From NCBI GenBank assembly GCA_045047115.1, contig JASFYR010000032.1:1-31237 (forward strand): a stretch of DNA of 31,237 bases, read 5' to 3'. Position 1 is the first letter of the stretch. Every line of letters starts with the position of its first letter. Source of the stretch: Sulfurospirillum sp. GTDB lineage: Bacteria > Campylobacterota > Campylobacteria > Campylobacterales > Sulfurospirillaceae. Below are positions 1-9,450 of the stretch, one piece after another. The notes beneath the pieces were generated by a model that saw only the letters and a list, made by a program, of their open reading frames with translations, did not search any database and had not been told where the DNA came from. A program made the translations under genes and the position numbers.

Positions 1-1
1 T

Positions 2-1450
2 ATAAATTTTTCTATAACAGGCACGGAACTAAATTCAACAACTGAAAATAACTCAACTTCTAGTGATAATTTTGCGATTCGCCCAAGAAAATTCTCTATT
101 GATATAAACACAACATCCTTTTATGCCGGAGTTCCTTTTCATATGGATTTAAATGCTTCAATGCAAGGTGGTGGAAATAGTCTGGACTATAATGAGACAA
201 ACGGGACATCTTTTAGCTTTGATAAGATTGATTCAAATGCTACATGTATCAGTGGTACTCTAGGTGGCTTGCCAAACCCCTTGAGATTTAGTGACGGTGG
301 TATATCATTTGATGCAAATTACAGCGATGTTGGCGATGTGAATTTTACGGTTAATGAGATAAATGGAAGTGAGTTTGCTTTTGTAGATAAAGATGATACA
401 AATGATAGTGTACGGTTGATACAAAAGTTTAGTAAGTCCATCACAGTTGAACCGTATCAGTTTGCTATAGTTGATTATAAATTTGAAAGAGATCCGGATC
501 AAAACTGGAGATATATGTCTGATGTGAAGGATATGAATATAACAGCATCTTTTAAGATTCAAGCACAGAATTTTGAGGGAGGTGTAACTCATAAATTTGA
601 CAGACTATGCTATGCCAACGATGTAAACTTCACTATAGATGTAAACTCCTCAAGCAGTGATGGAAATGTGAGTTATTTTCAAAGTGTAAATGGTATGGAA
701 ACTTATGGAGTTGATAGGAGTTTAAATAATCCAAATCTTATAGATACTATAAATGATCAAAATTTTAGTGATGGAAACAGCTCGAAAATTATATATGCTT
801 TAAATATTTACAGACAACACGATAGGCCAAAAAATCCTCTCTCGTTGCAATTTATAGACATAAACACAACATACCTTCATGATTCAAATGTTAAAAATCC
901 AGGATTTACGCTTGATAACAATACAAGTAGATACTATTTTGCCAGAATAAAAACAAAAGATATAGATACTAACAAACAAAGCGTGCATCACAATCTGGAT
1001 ATTGAGATATATTCCACTTCATCTTTGCCTGGTTTTCACCAAAACAGTTTGAGTTGGTTTGGCATGAAAGATGATAATATTACTAAAATTATAAATTTCT
1101 TACCAAAGAAAGATTTTAGTATGAATAGCAACAAAACAGGACTTAATGATATAAACTCTACTCAAAATATCCTGGATGGAATAGTTGATTTTACTATTAT
1201 AAACAGCTGGAATAAACCCGATAGTGCGTATATTCACCTGAAAATTCCAAAATATTTATGGTATAGTAGGTATAATGCTTATGATGACAATGGCAGTAGT
1301 GATTGCGGAAGCCATCCATGTTTTAAGTATAACTATCTGCAAAAAGTAAACTCCTCAAATATAAAAAGCGGAGACTTTAACGGAACAAATATAGGAAATG
1401 ATTATAATGCTTCAAAAGTAAGTAAAAGAGGGACAAAGGTATTTAGATGA
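2..1450 (+). CDS. MshQ-like large pilus tip/adhesin protein, C-terminal part (5' truncated by the window edge)
   Basis: The frame is open from base 2 (INFSITGTELNSTTENNSTSSDNFAIRPRKF...) into the 143..1450 ORF, so the Met at 143 is internal. The protein is Asn/Asp/Ser/Thr-rich with C-terminal 'YLWY...CGSHPC', and lies directly upstream of minor pilins. The family call is inferred from context. Confidence 0.6.
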   Translation: MNFSITGTELNSTTENNSTSSDNFAIRPRKFSIDINTTSFYAGVPFHMDLNASMQGGGNSLDYNETNGTSFSFDKIDSNATCISGTLGGLPNPLRFSDGGISFDANYSDVGDVNFTVNEINGSEFAFVDKDDTNDSVRLIQKFSKSITVEPYQFAIVDYKFERDPDQNWRYMSDVKDMNITASFKIQAQNFEGGVTHKFDRLCYANDVNFTIDVNSSSSDGNVSYFQSVNGMETYGVDRSLNNPNLIDTINDQNFSDGNSSKIIYALNIYRQHDRPKNPLSLQFIDINTTYLHDSNVKNPGFTLDNNTSRYYFARIKTKDIDTNKQSVHHNLDIEIYSTSSLPGFHQNSLSWFGMKDDNITKIINFLPKKDFSMNSNKTGLNDINSTQNILDGIVDFTIINSWNKPDSAYIHLKIPKYLWYSRYNAYDDNGSSDCGSHPCFKYNYLQKVNSSNIKSGDFNGTNIGNDYNASKVSKRGTKVFR

Positions 1451-2070
1451 GACGAGGGTTGAGTTTGATAGAGCTGATATTTACTATCGTGATTATCGCT
1501 ATCGTTTTTACTGTTATCCCAAAAGTGGTTTTGTCTCTAAATAAAAGTGATAAATTTGCTATCCGCCAAGATGCACTTTTTAATGGAATTTCTCTTTTAC
1601 AGATGATTTCAAAACTGCCGTGGGATGAAAACAATACCCAAAGCACAGACATACTGCATGTATCTAGCGGAAATTTCAGGTGTGATGATATCAGCAAGAT
1701 GCGAATGGGCGGCTTCGTGGGCTCAAGAAATTGTGAAGAGAATCTAAGTGCAAGCTCGATTTCAAATGATGCACAGAGTGACTACAACCTTTTTAACGAT
1801 ATAGATGATTTTAACAATCTAGATATAAATGCTTCATATTATGCTCTACATGTAGAGGTAGATTATATAGATGACAATATAACATATAATGGGCAAAAAG
1901 CCGTATTTGCGCTTAATAGCACACCTGTTTCAGGTACTACTAATCTTAAAATGGTAGATGTAAATATAAGTTATCAGGGCAAGAGAGGGAAGATTAAGCA
2001 TATATCCGGATTTAACTATGTATCATCAAATATAGGACAAATTACCCTAAACAAGCGAGTATGGAAATGA
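1447..2070 (+). CDS. Type IV minor pilin / pseudopilin (MshD/PilV-like)
   Basis: Class III signal MRRG|LSLIELIFTIVII with Glu at +5; ATGA overlap with the upstream stop. Confidence 0.85.
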   Translation: MRRGLSLIELIFTIVIIAIVFTVIPKVVLSLNKSDKFAIRQDALFNGISLLQMISKLPWDENNTQSTDILHVSSGNFRCDDISKMRMGGFVGSRNCEENLSASSISNDAQSDYNLFNDIDDFNNLDINASYYALHVEVDYIDDNITYNGQKAVFALNSTPVSGTTNLKMVDVNISYQGKRGKIKHISGFNYVSSNIGQITLNKRVWK

Positions 2071-2993
2071 AAACCAGAGCTTTTACTCTTATTGAAATTG
2101 TGGTAACCATTGTAATATTAGGTATCTTGTCGGCTGGTACTTTTGTGTCATTGAAGCATCTCTATGTGAAGGTTGCAAAATCAAAAGCCTTGAGTGATCT
2201 CTCAAGTGATTCACAAGTTGTTGTTGATCAGATATCTGCACTGTTGTATGACAGAGTTCCTAGCTCAGTGATAGGCTACAAAAGTGACGGAACATTTCAA
2301 AGCATCTATGCTCTTGGTTCCCCATTCAATATAATAGAATGGATCGGAGTTGCAAGTGAAGCACAAAAAGCCGGGTATTATAGTGGATTTGTAGATTTGA
2401 ACAGGTCTGATAAAATCACAAATACCATATATTCGCCAAATATCGATGCCTCAGCCTTAAACAGTGTAATGATAAATAAATTTAACAGGACTTCTGGTGA
2501 TTTGGCTCTGATATTTGCCGGAACTTTTGATGATGGATCTTTGGTAATATCCAGTGATTTTAACAACTCTTTCGGATGGCACGGTAATGCACACAATAAA
2601 ATAAATGACATAGCAAGTATCGGCAGCAATACTATAGCTTTTGTTTCAACCCCTGATGAGATATATGAAAAATACTATCTTATTGATAGTGCTTACGCGA
2701 TAGCCAGGGGATATGACATAGATATGAATGCCAGTTGTATAAAAGATTTGAACAAAAGTGATGCAAACACACTGTTTCTTTTTTACAACTACAGGCCATG
2801 GCAAGGGAAGACATTTTGTGCAGATCCAAATGGAAGTGCCCAAGATGGCAATGTAACTGTACTGACATATAATGCAAAAGGTTTTGAAGCAAATCTCATC
2901 AATGATAGTATAAAATTTAATTTAACTCTACAGAAACACATAAGGGGTAGTGATAATAATATCACTATATCCAAACAAAAGGTTGTATTTTGA
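2067..2993 (+). CDS. Type IV minor pilin (MshO/PilW-like)
   Basis: MKTRA|FTLIEIVVTIVILG prepilin motif. The ATG at 2067 overlaps the upstream TGA; 2061 is an alternative start. Confidence 0.85.
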   Translation: MKTRAFTLIEIVVTIVILGILSAGTFVSLKHLYVKVAKSKALSDLSSDSQVVVDQISALLYDRVPSSVIGYKSDGTFQSIYALGSPFNIIEWIGVASEAQKAGYYSGFVDLNRSDKITNTIYSPNIDASALNSVMINKFNRTSGDLALIFAGTFDDGSLVISSDFNNSFGWHGNAHNKINDIASIGSNTIAFVSTPDEIYEKYYLIDSAYAIARGYDIDMNASCIKDLNKSDANTLFLFYNYRPWQGKTFCADPNGSAQDGNVTVLTYNAKGFEANLINDSIKFNLTLQKHIRGSDNNITISKQKVVF

Positions 2994-3445
2994 ATCGCTC
3001 TGGTTTTGGTCTTATGCAAGCACTCTTGGTTATAGTTTTAATAAGCGGTATTTTGGTAATTGCTATGAAATACGCAACGGTAAATGTCAAACAGACAAGA
3101 GATATATATCTAAAAGAGTCGGCTGAGCTCTTCATGAACAGTGCAGTTGAATTGGGTTTGCTGGCCATTAGTGGATATGACAGAAACTCTACAAACCCCT
3201 GTCTAAATGAAGTAAGTATAACCTCGCCGAACCAAAGATTTATAGCGGATGTAAATATAACCAAATACTATCTTTTGGCAGGAAGTGCGGATTGTATAAG
3301 ATGTGGAAGTCTTTGTGAGCCAATTGACACAAAAGAGTCACAAGGTATGGTTATGTTAGAAGTTACAGTAGAGACCAATACAACCCATCCAAAAAATCAC
3401 GGCAAACAAATAATCCTCAAAAGAAGGACTTTGCAGAGACCATGA
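2990..3445 (+). CDS. Minor pilin of the PilX/GspK/MshP class
   Basis: TTG start; MNRSG|FGLMQALLVIV has a prepilin site lacking Glu+5, as is typical of the PilX/GspK class; four Cys. Confidence 0.7.
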   Translation: MNRSGFGLMQALLVIVLISGILVIAMKYATVNVKQTRDIYLKESAELFMNSAVELGLLAISGYDRNSTNPCLNEVSITSPNQRFIADVNITKYYLLAGSADCIRCGSLCEPIDTKESQGMVMLEVTVETNTTHPKNHGKQIILKRRTLQRP

Positions 3446-3972
3446 AAAATAATAATGTTAAATGTTTAATTTTTAATGATGAATTAAATTCAAAATTCAA
3501 AATTCAAAATTCAAAATTAATAAGAAATGGTTTTTCTATGGTAGAGTTGATATTTGTTATCCTTCTTATCGGTATTTTAGCATATATCGGTGGAAATTTT
3601 TTACCTGACAATCGACTCTTAAACGATACAAATTTTCTCACAATGAAGATTAAGCAAACACAAAAAAATGCTCTCTTGTATGATGCAGTAGGATTTTTAA
3701 AACCATGGAGTGTAGAAAATAACTCCACATGTATAGATTTAAATACAACTAAACTAGAATTAAAAGATAAAAATACACAAAAACCGCATAGATTTAGTTC
3801 AATCTTAAGCGTGGATGGAAATAGTACGATATGCTTCGATAATTTTGGCAGGCCTTATCAGTCGGAACATCTTTTGCTTAAAAATTTAGATATGAACTTG
3901 ACATACAAACAAAATGAGTATAAGAGTATTTCAGTTGTTCCAATATCCGGTTATGCTATAATAAAAAAATAA
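3442..3972 (+). CDS. Minor pilin (FimU/GspH/MshC-like) with a repeat-extended leader
   Basis: RNG|FSMVELIFVILLIG prepilin motif and C-terminal 'ICFDNFGRP' resembling GspH/FimT; the 30-aa leader is largely encoded by heptamer repeats. Confidence 0.8.
   Translation: MKNNNVKCLIFNDELNSKFKIQNSKLIRNGFSMVELIFVILLIGILAYIGGNFLPDNRLLNDTNFLTMKIKQTQKNALLYDAVGFLKPWSVENNSTCIDLNTTKLELKDKNTQKPHRFSSILSVDGNSTICFDNFGRPYQSEHLLLKNLDMNLTYKQNEYKSISVVPISGYAIIKK
3451..3520. repeat. Heptamer tandem repeat (AAATTCA)x4.7 preceded by degenerate opposing heptamers
   Basis: 3486-3518 = AAATTCA AAATTCA AAATTCA AAATTCA AAATT; 3451-3485 = AATAATG TTAAATG TTTAATT TTTAATG ATGAATT. Confidence 0.9.
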
Positions 3973-3994
3973 AATTAAAGGGCAAAGTTAAGGT

Positions 3995-5491
3995 ATGGCA
4001 AAAACTCAAAAGATTCAGTATATAAATCCGACAGATTTGTCTTTGCTTGTTTATGATGGTAAACACTTTCAAAATATTAATAAAAAAGAAAATCTATATA
4101 CAGTCTCAAGAGTTTTGTACGAAAATGCTACTTTGTATAGTTTTAAAATTCCATCAGTTCAGGCAAATGATGATTTGACTTCTTTGGTTGAGATTAAGAT
4201 GTATGAAGAAGCTGGTCTTGATGTAAATAAAAGCTACAAAATTTCATATCTTGTAAAAGAGCTTGACTTTAATGAGATGTGCTTGATTGAAGCCTTTGCG
4301 GTAGATATAGAAATACTAAAAGAGGCACACAAAGAGTCTATCAAAAAGGTAAAATATATAGACTTTCTAGTATTTCCTTTTTTTGCTTTTAAAACATTTT
4401 ATGTAAATAAAATTCTAACTCCTAAAAATGATATTTTTGTCTATATAGGCAACGATGAAGCTTTTTTGAGTTTTTACAAAAATGGCTCATACATATCAAC
4501 CAAATCTATGATAAATCTAAGCGAAATGGTAGAAAAACTTAATGCTCAAGATATTGTCATAAATCTTGAAAAATTAAATGAGATACTTTTAAGCAAAGGA
4601 CTAAAAGCAGAATTATACGAAAAGAGCGAGAGTGAACTTTTTGTGGCGCTTGAGTCTCTGTTTTCTGATATTTTGACAAAGATTAACAATGTTGCTATGC
4701 ACAATAGAAGTGTTTTTGGTTTTGACAAGATTGAGAGGATCTTTTTTAGCACAAAACAGGGGCGAATAAAAGGGCTAAAAGAGTTTGTTGCAGAGTTTGG
4801 TTTTGTTAATGTTGATGTTTTGGATTTTAACCTTTTTAGGGATAAACAGGAGGTTGACTTTTTAGACAAAGTTGTGTGTTCATATGGCTTTGACAAGTAT
4901 CTGCAAAATTCCAATAAGCAAAATATAACTATCTTTGGCAAACCACCATCTTTTTTATCAACACAGTTTGGTAAACTGACTCTTTGGATTTTTATTTTCC
5001 TTGCTGTTCTTTTTAGTGTATATTCATATTTTTATTTTGATATTCAAAACTTACAAAACCAAGAAAATTTATTGCAAATAAAATATCAAAGTATAAAAAA
5101 CAGAGCAAATATATACAAAAGAGAGACTGGAAAAAAAATACGAGATATTAAAGGTATCAAAAAAGAGATGCAAAAGCAAGATATTGTATTTGAAAGCATT
5201 AAACAAAGCATAGACAAGCTTGAAAAGATGAAAGGAAAACAGAGCAGATATATAGACTTTTTGGCAAGTGTAAACCAGCTCCTGCAAAAATACCGACTTA
5301 AGGCAAAAAGCATAATCCAAACCGGTCGTACTAAAATGACAATTGAGGTTATATCAAATTATGGAAACAGGGATAAGATAGCCAAGTTCTTGAAGTCCCT
5401 CATAAGTGAAGGCTTTGTAAATGTCAGAACACAAGAGATAAAGTTGGATAATGACAAATATATCAGCAAAGTTGAGATAGAACATGAGTAG
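3995..5491 (+). CDS. Pilus alignment-complex protein, PilM/PilN (GspL/MshI)-like
   Basis: Large N-terminal soluble domain, one TM helix (LTLWIFIFLAVLFSVYSYF), a coiled coil and a short C-terminal domain; positioned before a PilO-like gene. Confidence 0.55.
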   Translation: MAKTQKIQYINPTDLSLLVYDGKHFQNINKKENLYTVSRVLYENATLYSFKIPSVQANDDLTSLVEIKMYEEAGLDVNKSYKISYLVKELDFNEMCLIEAFAVDIEILKEAHKESIKKVKYIDFLVFPFFAFKTFYVNKILTPKNDIFVYIGNDEAFLSFYKNGSYISTKSMINLSEMVEKLNAQDIVINLEKLNEILLSKGLKAELYEKSESELFVALESLFSDILTKINNVAMHNRSVFGFDKIERIFFSTKQGRIKGLKEFVAEFGFVNVDVLDFNLFRDKQEVDFLDKVVCSYGFDKYLQNSNKQNITIFGKPPSFLSTQFGKLTLWIFIFLAVLFSVYSYFYFDIQNLQNQENLLQIKYQSIKNRANIYKRETGKKIRDIKGIKKEMQKQDIVFESIKQSIDKLEKMKGKQSRYIDFLASVNQLLQKYRLKAKSIIQTGRTKMTIEVISNYGNRDKIAKFLKSLISEGFVNVRTQEIKLDNDKYISKVEIEHE

Positions 5492-6095
5492 AATAGAAAC
5501 ATATCTAATCAGCGCAGACAAGAGACAAAAATACCTCATATATTTTATGATTTTTGGTTTGATTTTCTATCTTTTTGTGCAAATTATTATGCCTATGCGA
5601 GACGAACAGATTGTACTTCAAAGCAGAATTGACAGCTTGCAAGTAAAATTGTCAAACAACTCATTGTCAAGACTCAAGAAGATAAGAGATATGAAGACAA
5701 AAGAGTTATTGGCTTTAAAAAGCAAACAAGAGAACAAAAAAGAGAATATAGACTATCTTATATCTGGATTATATAAATTAAAATATGCTTTTTATGATGA
5801 TAAAGAGTGGGCAAAAAGTATGGATGATATTTTGAAGTACTCTATAAAGAGAAATTTGAAAATAAAGTATATCAAAAGTATGGAAGTAAAGCCTGAAAAA
5901 AACAATACTGTTATATTAAAAAAGAGAAAAAGACTTGAGATAAGCGGCAGTGGAAATTATATAGATATAGTCGCTTTTATATCTTATGTAGATAATCTAA
6001 ATGCTCTTTTAAAATTTGAAAAAACAGAGATAAATCTACAGGACAAAGAGTTGGATTTTAAACTTTATATTGATATGTATGGGATTGGGCTATGA
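5484..6095 (+). CDS. PilO/MshJ-like assembly protein
   Basis: N-terminal TM, coiled coil and C-terminal 'LEISGSGNYIDIVAFISYVDNL', a PilO/GspM-like pattern. Confidence 0.65.
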   Translation: MSRIETYLISADKRQKYLIYFMIFGLIFYLFVQIIMPMRDEQIVLQSRIDSLQVKLSNNSLSRLKKIRDMKTKELLALKSKQENKKENIDYLISGLYKLKYAFYDDKEWAKSMDDILKYSIKRNLKIKYIKSMEVKPEKNNTVILKKRKRLEISGSGNYIDIVAFISYVDNLNALLKFEKTEINLQDKELDFKLYIDMYGIGL

Positions 6096-6490
6096 AATTT
6101 GTAGTATCTGTTTTGTTTTTGCTTTCTTTTGTTTTTGGTGACAATTTGGCACAAAGATTGCAAAAACTCATCAATGACAAGAGCGAGAAAAAAGTAGAGG
6201 TTTTGAAGTATGATCCATTTTTTACAAAACTTGAAATCAAAAAAACATATAAGAAAGATTTAGTTCTGAAAAAAAAGAAAAAAACAGTAAAAAACAGAGA
6301 ATTAAAACTTGTAAGTATAATGGGAACAAAGGCATTTGTTGATGGTCGATGGATAGCCAAAGGTGATGTAGTAACAGGATACAGAGTAAAAAAAGTTTTA
6401 GGAAACGCAGTTATTTTATACAAAAAAAGAAAAACGATAGTTTTAAGATTTGAAAAAAATGCAGAGATTTTAAAAGTGAGGGAAAAATAG
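6092..6490 (+). CDS. MshK/CtsR-like small exported pilus protein
   Basis: Signal peptide, 'YDPF', and 'LKLVSIMGTKAFVDGRWIAKGDVVTGYRV', a PilP/GspC-like pattern; immediately precedes the secretin. Confidence 0.6.
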   Translation: MKFVVSVLFLLSFVFGDNLAQRLQKLINDKSEKKVEVLKYDPFFTKLEIKKTYKKDLVLKKKKKTVKNRELKLVSIMGTKAFVDGRWIAKGDVVTGYRVKKVLGNAVILYKKRKTIVLRFEKNAEILKVREK

Positions 6491-6492
6491 AG

Positions 6493-7917
6493 ATGAAAGT
6501 TAGATTTGTATTGTTTATATTGGTATTTTTAGTAACAACAGCTTTTTCAAACTGTGAAAATAAATTTTTCTCTTTTAGCGTAAAGGACTCGGGAGGAAGT
6601 GGTATCACCGCGCTTGATATATTGGAAAATATAACAGATGAGTGTAAGATGACCATGATGTTTCAAGATAAAGATGTTAAGCCGATACTTGAGAAAAAAC
6701 TCAACTATATCAATGTAAAAGATTTTTCATTACAAGAGCTTTTAAATCTTCTTTTGAGTGATAGAAATCTTTTTTATACGCTAGATAACAATAAAAAGAT
6801 TTTAAAAATTTCATATCTGAAAACAAAGACATATCTTATAGATTATGTAAGTTTTACGAAAAGAACAAGCACAACAAATAAAACGATAAAAACAGGTTCA
6901 GCCACAGGAGGTAGTGGTGGTGAAGATTCTACGACTATGGATTTTACATCAGATTTTCAGTTTTGGAAAAAGATAGAGTCTCAGATAAACAGTATATTAA
7001 ACAGAAATAGTGAAAATGGAGAAAACAAGGCAAAAGCACTTATAAACCAAGATGCCGGGATGGTGACTGTAACAGGAGATAAAAAACAACTTGATGGTGT
7101 TGAACAATATATAAAAGAGATGATGAAAAGACTCCATAAAGAGATACTTATAGAGGCAAAGCTGATAGAAGTGACCTATGATGGCAGTAAAACAAATGGT
7201 GTTGATTGGAGTAAGTTTGAGTTGGGCATAAATGGCACAAGTGATGCTTTAAGACAGAGAACAGCCGGAGTACTGACAAGTGGCTTTAGAAAACCAAACT
7301 ATTTGATCGGATATAATTTTTCAATGAATGGATTGATCAAGTTTTTGAAATCTCAAGGTGATGTTAAAATTGTGTCGAACCCAAAAGTTATGACTCTTAA
7401 CAATCAGCCAGCGGTTATAAATGTCGGAACGGAAGTAAACTACAGATATAATGACGGGAGTACAACCTCTGTCTCTAACGGCACAACAACGACAACCCCA
7501 AGCTATACAACCGACTCAACTTTTGTGGGAGTGACACTGGATATTACTCCTCAGGTAACGAGTGATAATTTTATAATGCTAAAAATCAATCCGATTGTCA
7601 GTGAAATTTCAAAAGAGCATATAGACAGTAACGGAGTGCCATTTTTGGCACCGGATATCAAGATAAAACAACTCTCTTCTGTGGTGAAAGTAAAAGACGG
7701 CAATAAAGTGCTCATAGGAGGATTGATAAATAAAAACACACACACTACTGTGACATCTGTTCCTCTGCTTTCTTCTATCCCGCTTATAGGACAAGCTTTC
7801 AAAAGCGATGCAAAAGTTGTTACAAACAGCGAACTTATAATCGTACTCATCCCGCATATCGTAGATGTAAACAAAAAACCGAATTTAAGTGATTTTGATA
7901 TCTCTGTTAAGAATTGA
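6493..7917 (+). CDS. mshL: Secretin, MSHA-type MshL / CtsD
   Basis: Secretin motifs 'ILIEAKLIEV', 'GVDWS', 'SNPKVMTLNNQPAVI', 'VPLLSSIPLIGQAF' and 'SELIIVLIPHI'. Confidence 0.92.
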   Translation: MKVRFVLFILVFLVTTAFSNCENKFFSFSVKDSGGSGITALDILENITDECKMTMMFQDKDVKPILEKKLNYINVKDFSLQELLNLLLSDRNLFYTLDNNKKILKISYLKTKTYLIDYVSFTKRTSTTNKTIKTGSATGGSGGEDSTTMDFTSDFQFWKKIESQINSILNRNSENGENKAKALINQDAGMVTVTGDKKQLDGVEQYIKEMMKRLHKEILIEAKLIEVTYDGSKTNGVDWSKFELGINGTSDALRQRTAGVLTSGFRKPNYLIGYNFSMNGLIKFLKSQGDVKIVSNPKVMTLNNQPAVINVGTEVNYRYNDGSTTSVSNGTTTTTPSYTTDSTFVGVTLDITPQVTSDNFIMLKINPIVSEISKEHIDSNGVPFLAPDIKIKQLSSVVKVKDGNKVLIGGLINKNTHTTVTSVPLLSSIPLIGQAFKSDAKVVTNSELIIVLIPHIVDVNKKPNLSDFDISVKN

Positions 7918-7919
7918 TT

Positions 7920-8717
7920 ATGAGAGATTATGAAAAAGCCAAAGAGTTATTTAGAGATATCATAGATGCAAAATACTATTTTGACAGTACAAGTGCAGAG
8001 GTAGCAAGATATAAGATTGAAAATGCTATCGAAGAGAGAAATGCTCCTTTGATATTTCTCATAGGTGATCCCGGAGTCGGAAAAAGCTATATTTTAAAAC
8101 TGATAAGCTTGGAATTGGAAAAAAAATCACTCAGTATATTTATAGATCATCCTTTTTTTGACAAGAGGGATTTGCTGAAAATTTTATATGAAGCTAAAAA
8201 CTTAGAGTTTGATAAAAATATAAATTTTAATGAATTAAAAGAAAAACTGCTAGAACTCTACAGGGACGATAAACATACTATTTTTATAGATGAAGCACAG
8301 CTCCTAAATGAGGAGCAGTTTGAGCTCATAAGGATACTTGGAGACACAAAAATTTTTCAATTTGTTCTCTCGATGCACAAAGAAGAGGGGAGTGCAATAC
8401 TTGAGAAGAAGCACTTTAAATCAAGAACAAAGGTTGTTGTTGAGTATGGCAGGCTTCATCACAGTGAAGTTTACAGATATATACAAAGCACACTCCTTTT
8501 GGAAAATCATTTTGAAATATCCCAAATGTTATCTGTCAAAAATGCCAAGATAGTTACCAAATACTGCCTGGGCAATTTTAGGACTGTAAAAAAGTTCATC
8601 TATTCGCTATTGACTCTACTGGAGTATGCAAAGAAAAACGGACTGAGAAAATACTGCAATATAAATGGATGTCTGCTAAAGATGAGTGCTCTGGATATTG
8701 GGGTTATTCATGACTGA
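7920..8717 (+). CDS. ExeA/MshM/CtsP-like AAA ATPase
   Basis: Walker A GDPGVGKS and Walker B IFIDEAQ; follows the secretin. ATG at 7920 (TTG at 7914 is an alternative). Confidence 0.8.
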   Translation: MRDYEKAKELFRDIIDAKYYFDSTSAEVARYKIENAIEERNAPLIFLIGDPGVGKSYILKLISLELEKKSLSIFIDHPFFDKRDLLKILYEAKNLEFDKNINFNELKEKLLELYRDDKHTIFIDEAQLLNEEQFELIRILGDTKIFQFVLSMHKEEGSAILEKKHFKSRTKVVVEYGRLHHSEVYRYIQSTLLLENHFEISQMLSVKNAKIVTKYCLGNFRTVKKFIYSLLTLLEYAKKNGLRKYCNINGCLLKMSALDIGVIHD

Positions 8718-9450
8718 CAGGGCATTTGAAGATTTACAAAAAAGATGTAAAAAGATGGGTATTAAAAAATTTATGAAGATAGTTTTGTCTGTTTTTTTAC
8801 TTTTTTTAACTGTGATCTTTTTATGCTTTGTATATATTAAGATAAACAGTATAGAGCCAAAAAAAAGTGTTATTAGGCAAAAAAAAGTTAAAATAATCAA
8901 AAAAAATGTGTCAAGCACAACTCTCAAACAAGAAAAATCATTTAAGCCAAAAAATATACCAAAAATTAAAATTCCTCAAAAAGAGAAAAAAGATGATTAT
9001 AATACAGTAATTCTAAAGCCTACAATCATAATTCCCAAAATAAAAACTTCGCAAATGCAGCAGGTGCAAAATCTAAAACCCAAGATTGTTAAAAAAATAG
9101 AACCGGAAAAAAAGGTACAAAAAGAGAGAAAAAAAATAATTATACAAGTGCGGTCTTTAAGAGATGAAGCATCTTTGTTGAAGGAAAACAAGACTAGTGA
9201 AAGTTTTCAAAGCACTTTAAATCTTTCTGAGTATTATCTTAAGAAATCCAAATATGAAAAAGCAATCAATTGGTCGAAAAAAGCAAATCACTATAAACCA
9301 TCCTCTTTTAAGCCGTGGTTGATTTATGCAAAGGCAAAGATAAAGCAGGGTAAAAAAAGTGAAGCCGCAAAAGCAGTGGAGACATTTTTGTCATATTTTA
9401 GCTCGCCTGATGCGCAAAAGTTTTTATATGAAATAAAAGGTAAAAAATGA
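8710..9450 (+). CDS. MshN/CtsX-like membrane-anchored TPR protein
   Basis: TM helix, Lys/Pro-rich linker and C-terminal TPR-like helices (YYLKKSKYEKAINWS...PWLIYAKA). The ATG at 8710 overlaps the upstream gene end. Confidence 0.65.
   Translation: MTDRAFEDLQKRCKKMGIKKFMKIVLSVFLLFLTVIFLCFVYIKINSIEPKKSVIRQKKVKIIKKNVSSTTLKQEKSFKPKNIPKIKIPQKEKKDDYNTVILKPTIIIPKIKTSQMQQVQNLKPKIVKKIEPEKKVQKERKKIIIQVRSLRDEASLLKENKTSESFQSTLNLSEYYLKKSKYEKAINWSKKANHYKPSSFKPWLIYAKAKIKQGKKSEAAKAVETFLSYFSSPDAQKFLYEIKGKK

Noticed and set aside
6269..6284. A8-G-A7 run and other A/T homopolymers
   Set aside because: They encode Lys-rich segments in an AT-rich genome and the reading frames are intact.
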